Below, piece after piece: positions 19,768 through 28,560 of a stretch of DNA of 64,000 bases. A model generated the notes under the pieces. That model ran no database searches. It saw nothing but the letters and a program-made list of their open reading frames with translations, and was not told the DNA's origin. The first letter of the stretch is position 1; each line of letters opens with the position of its first letter. Both the position numbers and the translations under genes were made by a program. The DNA comes from an uncultured Spirochaetota bacterium (GTDB lineage: Bacteria > Spirochaetota > Brevinematia > Brevinematales > JAOACQ01): contig CAWAOD010000004.1 of assembly GCA_963783575.1 (NCBI GenBank), positions 64,001 to 128,000 of the forward strand. The letters run 5' to 3'.

Positions 19768-20970
19768 ATGGAACAAAAAGATTACGCGATGACAATAAAA
19801 GAAGTCGCAAAGTTTTTAAATATCTCAACACAAATGGTTTACCTTCTTGTGAAAAATTCAAAGTTGTCCGCTTTTAAAATCGGCAGTGCTACCCGTATAT
19901 TATATTCCGATCTCAACCAATATATATCAGAGCAAAAAAATGATTTTGCTAGAATAAATACCGATCTACCGGATTTGAATGAGACTACTATAACTGTTCA
20001 TAACTTCAACATTCATAAAAACGGTGTTCTTTTAAAAGATATCGGTTTTTCAATCCCGAAGGGTGAAATACTTGCTGTAATCAGCCCATCGGATAATGAT
20101 GTTGCATTTTTATTCCGGACAATTGCGGGGCTTGAGAAAATAGACGAAGGTGATATATATCTGGGAACAAAGAAAATTACCCGATTAAAAGATGCGGATA
20201 GAGGCATCGGATATTTATCCAGGGATTATTCCCTATATCCGAAATCCGAATTATATCAAAACATGGAAAATTCAGATAATATCGCATTTTTAAAAGAATC
20301 CGGTATTGAAAGCAGCCTTTGGAATAATTTTCCGCCTGGTTTAATGGAAGTTTTTAAACATTTGATAACATCCCTAAAAATGAATGGGGAATCTTTTGAA
20401 TTAATCCTTATGGAAGATCCCATGAATATGCTTGATCCCAAACAATTTTCCGATTTCCGGATACTGCTGAAAAAAATTATAGCTATTCTTGGGAAAACGG
20501 TTATCATTAGTTTAAGTAATCCCGATGATGCACTCTTCATAAGTAATTATACTGCGGTTATAATAAACGGAAGAGTTGTCCAGTTCGGTAAAACGCAGGA
20601 TGTGATAAACCATCCGGTAAATAAACCGGTTATGGAAATTCTATCACGTCTTGGTGTCAATGAAATTCCGGTGGATATTAAAGACGGTGTTACGGAACCA
20701 TATAATATTCCGGCAGGTATTGATGAAGGGACATTCCGAATGACCTTCCGTACGGAAGAGATTGATATATTAAATCAGCCGAAATCAAAAGGAATTCCGG
20801 TTGAAATGCTTGGAACACGTTTTTATGACGGCAACAGACAGTTAGCACGATGTAAAACAGAAAACGGAACGGAAATCGAGATTTTAGTATCCAATAAAGT
20901 CGGACATCAATTTGTTTTTGCACCGAAAAACCCTATTTTTTTCCCGGCTGAGGAAGATGAGGAATTCTGA
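19768..20970 (+). CDS. Excisionase-type HTH fused to a degenerate ABC ATPase domain
   Basis: MTIKEVAKFLNIS..MVY.LVK..KL.AFKIG (HTH_17-like). ABC fold with Walker A replaced by SPSDNDVA, no LSGGQ, Walker B LILMED. Confidence 0.75.
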   Translation: MEQKDYAMTIKEVAKFLNISTQMVYLLVKNSKLSAFKIGSATRILYSDLNQYISEQKNDFARINTDLPDLNETTITVHNFNIHKNGVLLKDIGFSIPKGEILAVISPSDNDVAFLFRTIAGLEKIDEGDIYLGTKKITRLKDADRGIGYLSRDYSLYPKSELYQNMENSDNIAFLKESGIESSLWNNFPPGLMEVFKHLITSLKMNGESFELILMEDPMNMLDPKQFSDFRILLKKIIAILGKTVIISLSNPDDALFISNYTAVIINGRVVQFGKTQDVINHPVNKPVMEILSRLGVNEIPVDIKDGVTEPYNIPAGIDEGTFRMTFRTEEIDILNQPKSKGIPVEMLGTRFYDGNRQLARCKTENGTEIEILVSNKVGHQFVFAPKNPIFFPAEEDEEF

Positions 20971-21033
20971 TTAATAAATGAAAAGAACAAAGATTTTCCG
21001 ATTATTTGAAAAAGAATTTAACAGGGTTAAGCG

Positions 21034-21069
21034 GCCTGTCCTGAGCTGGTACACTGAGCTATCGAAGGA
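21034..21069. repeat. REP-like CTGAG...TCGAAG palindromic element
   Basis: CCTGTCCTGAGC...CACTGAGCTATCGAAGG; related motifs at 28246-28331 and 50493-50511. Confidence 0.55.
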
Positions 21070-21092
21070 TAAAAATAATAAGGAGGAAATAA

Positions 21093-22199
21093 ATGGCAGA
21101 AGTATTATTCAAGAATGTCATGAAAGTCTACGAAGGCGGAGTGACAGCGGTTGAGGACTTCAACCTGGATATCAAGGACAAGGAATTTGTAGTACTTGTA
21201 GGACCATCCGGATGCGGTAAATCAACCACATTAAGAATGCTTGCGGGTCTGGAGGAGATCACAAAGGGTGAAATCTCTATTGATGGTAAGGTTGTAAACA
21301 ATCTGCCGCCGAAAGACAGGGATATTGCGATGGTGTTCCAGAATTACGCTCTTTATCCGCACATGACTGTCGAGCAGAACATGTCTTTCGGATTAAGACT
21401 GCGTAATTACCCGAAGGAAGAGATCAATAAAAGGGTTGCTGAAGCGGCTGGGATTCTCGGCCTGACTGATCTTCTTAAAAGAAAACCGAAAGCTCTTTCC
21501 GGCGGACAGAGACAGAGAGTTGCAATAGGTAGAGTAATTGTACGCAAACCGAAGGTTTTTCTTTTTGATGAACCGCTTTCCAACCTTGACGCGAAACTCA
21601 GGGTACAAATGAGAGCCGAGCTGATCAAAATCACTTCAAAACTCAAAGTGACATCGGTATATGTTACGCATGACCAAACGGAAGCTATGACGATGGGAGA
21701 TAAGATTGTTGTTATGAATAACAGGTTCATTCAACAGATCGGTTCCCCAATGGAAGTATACCGCGATCCGCAAAACAAGTTTGTTGCCGGTTTTATAGGA
21801 AGCCCGCCGATGAACTTCTTCAGTGCTGTTGTTGCTGATAAGAACGGCGCATTATGGCTGGATTTCAAGGATTTCCATCTGAAGATGCCAGCCGATTTCA
21901 ACGCAAAACTTAGGCCTTATCTAGGTAAAACGGTGTCTTTCGGCATACGCCCTGAAGATATATATGACAGAAGCATGTATCAGGGACAGATTGAGAATAA
22001 CACACTGCAGGCCAATGTCGAAATCGTTGAACATCTCGGCGCCGAAGAATTCGTTTATTTCGCAACATCAAACTTTTCTTTCATAGGCAAATATGATCCT
22101 TCGGTAGTTGTAAACATAGGCGACGCCAACAAAGAAGTCATTTTCGATCTTAAACATTCACATATTTTTGACAATGAAACTGAAAAAGTAGTTGTATAA
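21093..22199 (+). CDS. MalK/MsmX/UgpC-type sugar ABC ATP-binding protein
   Basis: [42 protein letters not shown] and FVAGFIGSP motifs. Confidence 0.95.
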   Translation: MAEVLFKNVMKVYEGGVTAVEDFNLDIKDKEFVVLVGPSGCGKSTTLRMLAGLEEITKGEISIDGKVVNNLPPKDRDIAMVFQNYALYPHMTVEQNMSFGLRLRNYPKEEINKRVAEAAGILGLTDLLKRKPKALSGGQRQRVAIGRVIVRKPKVFLFDEPLSNLDAKLRVQMRAELIKITSKLKVTSVYVTHDQTEAMTMGDKIVVMNNRFIQQIGSPMEVYRDPQNKFVAGFIGSPPMNFFSAVVADKNGALWLDFKDFHLKMPADFNAKLRPYLGKTVSFGIRPEDIYDRSMYQGQIENNTLQANVEIVEHLGAEEFVYFATSNFSFIGKYDPSVVVNIGDANKEVIFDLKHSHIFDNETEKVVV

Positions 22200-22214
22200 T
22201 TATAACCGGATATC

Positions 22215-22245
22215 AAAAAGGCAGGTTTTAAACCTGCCTTTTTTT
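22215..22245 (+). terminator. Rho-independent terminator
   Basis: AAAAAGGCAGGTTT-T-AAACCTGCCTTTTTTT directly after the MalK-type gene. Confidence 0.85.
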
Positions 22246-22347
22246 ATGATATTTTAAAACTGCCCAAATCATTCTTTTAGTAATTTCAAAGCTCTTCCGA
22301 AAATAGAATAGGAAAATAATCATGAAATTCTAAGGGGCATTATTTCC

Positions 22348-23382
22348 ATGTCAAAAATAGTTTTTCTGTTCCGGTTATTCATAATCTGGATATTACCGGT
22401 TTATATATATTCAAATGATTATATTATACAAAAAAATGATACAATCTCAAGCATTTCCAAAAGGTTCAATCAAAAACCTGAATTGATAACAAAGCTTAAC
22501 AATATTAAGGATAATAAATTGCTGGCCGGTAGCAGGATTTATATTCCGCATGAAATTATCAATTATACCGTGAAAGAAGGCGATAACCTTTCAAAAATTG
22601 CCAGGGAGCACTCAACAAAAATTGAATTAATAATCCTTGCAAGCGAATTAAAAAATTCAAATATTTATCCCGGCAAAAATATTAGAATCCCAATAAATAA
22701 TAAAGAAAATTATATTGAAACAGCTGTTCAAAACGAAAAAAAAAATGAAGTAAAATCCATCTCCGGCTCATTTTATTATATTGTTAAAAAAGGTGAGACT
22801 CTAACTTCTATTTCAAAAAAATTCAATACAACAATTCCCGTAATTCTGTCCTGTAATCCGGGAATCAATCAAGGGGTTAATACTGGCGAGAAATTAAAGA
22901 TCCCTGTTATGAAACCTATTAAGGAAAATTGGAGTCCGGAGAAAAAAACCATCTCAAAAGTTAAAATTAATTACGGAAACCTTCCAGCGCTTGAAAGCGG
23001 ATTTAGTTTCCCGGTAAATAAGGAATTGATAAAATATATCAGTCAAACAAGCAGAGGAGTCACAATATTTCTTGACCAGCAGACCCCTGTTAAAAGCGTT
23101 AATAACGGTCTTGTGGAATATGCCGGTAAAATGAAAGGCTATAATAATGTAGTAATAGTTAAATATGGGAATGAACAAAGGGCAATTTACGGATACTTAA
23201 GCCAGATTGAAGTTTCAATAGGCAGCATTGTCAGCAACAGGCAGGTATTAGGAAATGTTAACAGGGCCTCTTTCCTTGGACAAATTGAGTTATATTTTGA
23301 AATGAGAAACGGCATTAATACCAGGGATATTCTTGAACTATATCCATTTCTGAAAAGTAATGATTATCTTGTGAAAAAATAA
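22348..23382 (+). CDS. Protein with three LysM domains and an M23-like C-terminal domain
   Basis: YIIQKNDT, YTVKEGDNL and YIVKKGETL repeats; the M23-like tail lacks the canonical Zn-binding histidines. Confidence 0.85.
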   Translation: MSKIVFLFRLFIIWILPVYIYSNDYIIQKNDTISSISKRFNQKPELITKLNNIKDNKLLAGSRIYIPHEIINYTVKEGDNLSKIAREHSTKIELIILASELKNSNIYPGKNIRIPINNKENYIETAVQNEKKNEVKSISGSFYYIVKKGETLTSISKKFNTTIPVILSCNPGINQGVNTGEKLKIPVMKPIKENWSPEKKTISKVKINYGNLPALESGFSFPVNKELIKYISQTSRGVTIFLDQQTPVKSVNNGLVEYAGKMKGYNNVVIVKYGNEQRAIYGYLSQIEVSIGSIVSNRQVLGNVNRASFLGQIELYFEMRNGINTRDILELYPFLKSNDYLVKK

Positions 23383-23482
23383 CATTTATATCGAAAAAAA
23401 ATCCGGTTTTATTTTAATATTTTAAATTCCGATAATAAATTGACATAATTAATAAATAGTAGCAAAATATCATTGTAATTAT

Positions 23483-23977
23483 AAAGCAGGCTGGAAAAAC
23501 GCCTTTCACTATTTTGTTGCGCTGATCTATGATGCTGGCAAAATGGTGAGGGGAGGAAAGTCCGGGCATCAAAAAGCATCGGGCCGGTTAATAGCCGGGC
23601 AGTAAATCTGCCTCCGTAAGCGGCAGGAAATGCTGACGGATAGCGCCACAGAAAACAAACTGCCCCTTACCATTTTATTAGCTTCACCTTTGTAAGCTCA
23701 CAAAGTGGTAAGGGGTGAGGGTGAAAAGGCGGTGTAAGAGACCACCGCGGAACGCATAAGCGGACCGGCAAGGCAAGCCCCCCGTGATGCAAGGCTGAAT
23801 AGGCATTCCATACTACCGCTTGTAGTAATCCATGGATAAGAATGCGGGTAAGCCGCTGGATATGTTTTATAAAAAACATACAAGATGGATGTTTTTCGTC
23901 CTTTGATTTTTTGCCAATTTCTTTTAATTAGAGTGACAGAAGTCAAGGAAACAGGACCCGGCTTACAGGCCTGCCTT
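23483..23977 (+). ncRNA. rnpB: RNase P RNA (bacterial type A)
   Basis: GAGGAAAGTCCGGGC, AGCGCCACAGAAAA, GGGTGAAAAGGCGGTGTAAGAGACCACCG and AACAGGACCCGGCTTA; 5' AAAGCAGGC pairs with 3' GCCTGCCTT; TTGACA at 23440. Confidence 0.93.
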
Positions 23978-24034
23978 ATTTTCTAAATTAATGTTTCCTG
24001 TTGCTTCGGGCTAAGGCTCTTAAGAAGGTGAAAA

Positions 24035-24367
24035 ATGAGCGTATTACCGATTGATTTACAGGTTTTATTTTCCAAGGCGTCCGATCTTTCCGAGAATATT
24101 GCCCGTCAATCCAATTTAACACAGGCCGGCCTGGCTGACGGTTATGAAAAAATTCACAAGCAAAGCCAGGACACAAATGAGAAAGTAAACAATCTCGAAG
24201 AATATTCCCAGGATTTCACAAAAATAAACCCGGAGACGGGGAAAAGATCCGGCGGACAAAAAATGCGTAAAAAAAAGGCCGCCCAGGTGAAACCTCCTGA
24301 AGTCCAGGAATATAAAAGAGCCGTAACAGAAGAAGGTACCGGAAAGTACATAGATATTATCGATTAA
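24035..24367 (+). CDS. Hypothetical protein
   Basis: AAGGTG RBS; MSVLPIDLQ start and GTGKYIDIID end, a pattern seen in small flagellar-cluster proteins. Confidence 0.65.
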   Translation: MSVLPIDLQVLFSKASDLSENIARQSNLTQAGLADGYEKIHKQSQDTNEKVNNLEEYSQDFTKINPETGKRSGGQKMRKKKAAQVKPPEVQEYKRAVTEEGTGKYIDIID

Positions 24368-24571
24368 GAAATCACACTCATCATAAATTTCTTTATAAAA
24401 GCGCCCATCTGTTTTATAATATTAAACTGCAATCATTTTCATCCTCGTAACTACGGCCTGTCCGCCGTCTACCTGCCGGAGATTCCGGAGTAGGCAGACT
24501 CTCTGCAATCTCCGTTCGGGATGATGAAGTATATAGCGGCATTAAAAATATAATAAATCCAAGGAGAATCT

Positions 24572-25981
24572 ATGGTCAGAGTCCGCTTTGCCCCGTCGCC
24601 GACCGGCAAGCTCCATCTTGGAAGCGCCAGGACAGCAATATTCAACTGGTTATATGCCAGGCATACCGGCGGAAAGTTTATCTTGAGAATAGAGGATACG
24701 GATCTTTCCCGCTCAGATAATTCATATACGGAATCGATTATTAAAGATATGCGATGGATGGGTCTGGAATATGATGAATATTATACGCAGAGCGGCAGGT
24801 TCGCAGTCTATAGGGAATATACAAACAGGCTTCTGGATGAAAACAGGGCATATTACTGCATCTGCGAGAGAGAGGATATAGCCGCCAGGTACAGCCTTAA
24901 AGAGACAGCCGGGGAAGCATTAAAATATGACGCTTTTTGCCGGGGCAGAACCGTTAAGCCGTCGGGGAGTTATGTTATAAGGCTTAATATTGGAGAGGAA
25001 AGGAAAATTACATTCAAGGATTCCATAAAAGGAAAAATCACTGTAAATACCGGAGAACTTGATGATTTTGTGATACAGAAAAGCGACGGCACACCGACAT
25101 ATAATTTCGCCGTTGTTATTGACGACGCCTTAATGGCGATATCCCATATCATAAGGGGCGAGGATCATATTACAAATACCGCAAAGCAGATCATACTTTA
25201 CGAACTTCTGGGTTTTCAGCTTCCAATATTCGCTCATCTGCCTCTCGTAATGGATAAAGACAGGACGCCTCTTTCAAAAAGAAAAGGCTCCATAAATATT
25301 GAAAGCTACCGTGCTTCCGGTATTCTTCCCGAAGCCCTTTTGAATGCCATAGCCCGTTTGGGCTGGTCTCACGGGAATGATGAGATCCTGTCAGTCGATC
25401 AAATGATTGATTTTTTCGACATCGACAGGATAAATAAATCCGCCGCAGTCTATGATGAGGAAAAAATGATCTGGGTAAATGGAAAGCATATGAAATCATT
25501 ATCCGATTCAATTCTAAAAAAGCATTTTGAGGAATTTCTGGAAGAAGCCCATCTTGATAAAACAGGTAAAATGAAAAATAGCGATTGGCTTATTTCGGCT
25601 ATCGGAATTCTGAAAGGCAGGCATACTTCATTAAATAGTCTTTTCCAGGAAATTCGCTTTTTCGCTGAAGCCGAAACTGCGGAAAAATTTCAAATTGAGG
25701 ATAACGCCGCCGGCCAGCTTGACAGCCTTTTAAAGAACCCGGATTTAATGAAGTCTTATTCTGAAGCAAGGAATATAATTTTATCAATACAGGATTTTCA
25801 AAATCTATCGGGATTGGAGCATGATTTAAGGGAAATATCAGAAAGGAATTCCGTAAAATTCGGCGATCTTATACAGGTTTTAAGAATTATCATTACAGGC
25901 AGAACGTCATCACCTGATATACTCTCCGTTATTAAACTGACCGGTGAAAATGTAAGGGAAAGGTTAAATTTATCTTTATAG
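24572..25981 (+). CDS. gltX: Glutamate--tRNA ligase
   Basis: RVRFAPSPTG.LHLGS, LRIEDTD, PTYNFAVVIDD, RGEDH, LSKR and an anticodon-binding C-terminal domain. Confidence 0.92.
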   Translation: MVRVRFAPSPTGKLHLGSARTAIFNWLYARHTGGKFILRIEDTDLSRSDNSYTESIIKDMRWMGLEYDEYYTQSGRFAVYREYTNRLLDENRAYYCICEREDIAARYSLKETAGEALKYDAFCRGRTVKPSGSYVIRLNIGEERKITFKDSIKGKITVNTGELDDFVIQKSDGTPTYNFAVVIDDALMAISHIIRGEDHITNTAKQIILYELLGFQLPIFAHLPLVMDKDRTPLSKRKGSINIESYRASGILPEALLNAIARLGWSHGNDEILSVDQMIDFFDIDRINKSAAVYDEEKMIWVNGKHMKSLSDSILKKHFEEFLEEAHLDKTGKMKNSDWLISAIGILKGRHTSLNSLFQEIRFFAEAETAEKFQIEDNAAGQLDSLLKNPDLMKSYSEARNIILSIQDFQNLSGLEHDLREISERNSVKFGDLIQVLRIIITGRTSSPDILSVIKLTGENVRERLNLSL

Positions 25982-26539
25982 TTTCCAGGGAAATACGATT
26001 GGTTTATAAGCGTCGATATATTCCAGTGCTTTCTCCGGATTGGCGGCAAAATAATATAATTCGCGGAATTCAGGCTTTGAAAAGTTTTCACTGTATATTT
26101 GCTCAAATTGATTATTCAAATTACGGTAAAAATCATTGGTATTAATAAACACAATCGCTTTGTTATGAAAACCCAGCTGTTTCAAAGTAACTTCTTCCAG
26201 GATCTCTTCCAGAGTTCCAAAACCGCCGGGCATTGCAATAAACGCTTCAGCCTGTTCGGCCATTGTGGCTTTCCTTTCCCTGAGGTCTTTGGTAACAAAA
26301 AGCCAATCCGCGTCATCATAACTGATGCCTCTATCTTTAAGCATTTCGGGCACCACGCCGACAACCTTCCCCCCGTTTTTACGGACAGAATCGGCAATAA
26401 TTCCCATAAGCCCTGTTTTTGTTCCGCCATAGACAAGGGTATCGCCCCTTTTTCCGATCAATCGTCCCAGATCAAGAGTAGCCTGGACATATGTATTATC
26501 AATATGACTGCTTGAAGAGCAGAAAACACAAATATTCAT
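25976..26539 (-). CDS. LOG family (TIGR00730-like) nucleotide phosphoribohydrolase
   Basis: ICVFCSSS, LVYGG...GLMG and PGGFGTLEE motifs. Confidence 0.92.
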   Translation of the reverse strand: MNICVFCSSSSHIDNTYVQATLDLGRLIGKRGDTLVYGGTKTGLMGIIADSVRKNGGKVVGVVPEMLKDRGISYDDADWLFVTKDLRERKATMAEQAEAFIAMPGGFGTLEEILEEVTLKQLGFHNKAIVFINTNDFYRNLNNQFEQIYSENFSKPEFRELYYFAANPEKALEYIDAYKPIVFPWKL

Positions 26540-26657
26540 TATAAAATGCCCCTGATTTTATTTATTTTGATAAATTCGTTTCACGACCGATCCGGTCAGG
26601 CAAAGTTCTATCCGTTTAAAATATATTTTATATCGATTCCTAAAGATTTGCAACTTT

Positions 26658-26749
26658 GCAACGTTGTGTTGCCGCCGAATCGGAGATTCGGCGGACTTTA
26701 TGATAAATTGAAAAATTTCTTAGAACATCCTGTTCCCATGGTTACTTGG
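26658..26749 (+). repeat. Three-hairpin ~93-nt repeat, copy A
   Basis: GCAAC-gttgt-GTTGC, GCCGAAT-cggag-ATTCGGC, A-rich linker, GAAC-atcct-GTTC, tail ATGGTTACTTGG; homologous to 46282-46373 and 57930-58022. Confidence 0.7.
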
Positions 26750-26892
26750 GGGGCGATGTTTTATGGAGGGTTTCTTGATTATTATTTATGACTTTATTAT
26801 GATTTATAATTAGTAATAAAATATCAAAAGCAAGAATCCAAAATAATAGGCAAAGTTTCATTCTTCGCAAATTATTAATTCAGGATATAAAT

Positions 26893-27681
26893 ATGATTTT
26901 TTACAACAAAATAGGGAAAAATTATAATTCGACAAGACGCGCCGATGAGAGAATTACGGAGAATCTAATAACTTTATTGAATTGCCCGGCCGGATCGAAT
27001 ATTATAGATATCGGCGCGGGCACCGGAAACTATTCTTATGAACTGGCAAAACATTACAATGCGGTTTATGCCCTGGAACCTTCTGAGGTAATGATCAAAC
27101 AGGGGAAAAAGCATAAAAATTTAAAGTGGTTCAATGGATTTGCGGAAAAAATCCCTTTTGGAGATAATTATTTTGACGGCGCTTTATGTACATTAGCATC
27201 TCACCATTTTTCCGAATCGGATAAAGCTTTTAAAGAAATCCATAGAATATTAAAACCTGGATCTAATTTTGTATTGTTTACATTCGATACAAGAAAAACA
27301 GAAAACAATGACTGGCTTAGAGAATATTTCGAACCATTTTACAAAAAAGCCTGCAGTATTGCGCCTAATCAAGAATTGATAATTAAAGCCCTTAAAGATT
27401 TATATAAGAATGAAATTATCATTACGTCATTTAAACTTCCTCCCAATCTTACCGACGGCTTTTTTTATGCCGCATGGAAATACCCCGAAAAGTATCTTGA
27501 AAGAAGTTTCAGAAACGGGATTTCGGTTTTTTCAATGGAAGAAGAAAAACTGGTTGATGCGATTATCAAACATCTGGAGATTGATCTGAAAGAAGGAATC
27601 TGGGATAATAAATATAAGAATATAAGAAAATTAAACAAATTTGACGGCGGGTATTATTTTTTAACGGTTAGAAAGGGCTGA
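26893..27681 (+). CDS. Class I SAM-dependent methyltransferase
   Basis: IDIGAGTGNY, LEPS..M and RILKPG motifs. Confidence 0.9.
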   Translation: MIFYNKIGKNYNSTRRADERITENLITLLNCPAGSNIIDIGAGTGNYSYELAKHYNAVYALEPSEVMIKQGKKHKNLKWFNGFAEKIPFGDNYFDGALCTLASHHFSESDKAFKEIHRILKPGSNFVLFTFDTRKTENNDWLREYFEPFYKKACSIAPNQELIIKALKDLYKNEIIITSFKLPPNLTDGFFYAAWKYPEKYLERSFRNGISVFSMEEEKLVDAIIKHLEIDLKEGIWDNKYKNIRKLNKFDGGYYFLTVRKG

Positions 27682-27737
27682 CAACTAAAAACCCGCTGTT
27701 CCAGGGGATAAACTCAATTAATATTAACAGTAACTGT

Positions 27738-28240
27738 TTCCCTTTTGGCAAAAGGGAGAAAGCTCTTCCTTTCTTTCCTGCACAGCCAGGAAAGAAAGGA
27801 ACCAAAGAAAGGAGCTGCCCCTTCGCATTAGCGCCATTTCATGTAAAGAAATTGTTTTATTCGGAAGTGTTGTTATTCAGGTTTTATTAAAAGCTCTATT
27901 TTTATTAAAGAGCCTCACTATGCAGTCCTGCTGCGTTCGGGTCGCAGCCGTCCTTGGGTTCACTGAAAATCAGCATAAATCTTAAAATATTTAATAAACA
28001 GTATTTCATTAGTGTCATATCCTGTTTTATAACAATGAGTTATAAAAGCAATTAGAAAAGGTTGGTTATAGTTTTCAAATTTTAACTCATTTTTCAGTGA
28101 ACCCATCCTTGGCCGCGAAATATTATTGATTTGATTATTTTCTAAGGGGAATAACAACGTTTTTTATATTAAGATTCTTTTTTTACCATACAAAAATTCA
28201 ATCAGAAATGGCGCTCATGCTGCGGGGGGCGATTTAGCAG
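27738..28240 (+). repeat. ~350-bp structured repeat element, copy 1 (contains MITE copy 2)
   Basis: Collinear blocks match the reverse complement of 31626-33705: GCCCCTTCGCATxAGCGCCATTTCATGT, GTGTTGTTATT, GCCGTCC, GGAATAACAACG, AATCAGAAATGGCG. Confidence 0.75.
27956..28104 (-). mobile_element. 149-bp MITE, copy 2
   Basis: Same TIRs, interior reverse-complemented; flanks GTCCTT / ATCCTT. Confidence 0.88.
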
Positions 28241-28245
28241 GTTGC

Positions 28246-28331
28246 GGTCACTGAGTAGTGGCATGTTAAAAATGGTCACTTCGATTTGCGGCAAAGCCGC
28301 TACTCAGTGATTAGACACATATCGAAGTGAC
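28246..28331. repeat. Nested REP-like CTGAG...TCGAAG element
   Basis: GTCACTGAGTAG...TATCGAAGTGAC encloses an inverted copy GTCACTTCGAT...CTACTCAGTGA. Confidence 0.6.
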
Positions 28332-28560
28332 TGTCATGACGATTGCTTTTAAAAGTTTCATACATCAATTTTAATAAATTGTATATTTTACCCTGCCTGA
28401 AAAATTCGTTAGGTGTATAATTAAGGAAATGATTGAAGGTTGACGGAAGAGGAGTTTAAGGTGGTGGAGAGTGATAACTAATAAATAAAAGTATACGAAA
28501 AACTAGATTGTTTCCTATGAACTGTATTTTGTTTATTATAATTGTTGAGGAATAAAATAT

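Noticed and set aside
23667..23946. Short minus-strand ORFs
   Set aside because: They lie antisense to the RNase P RNA.
26546..26791. 81-aa ORF
   Set aside because: It runs through the three-hairpin repeat and has no protein-like features.
27960..28157. 65-aa ORF, with similar ORF ends at 10617-10856 and 57745-58125
   Set aside because: Chance reading frames through the MITE.
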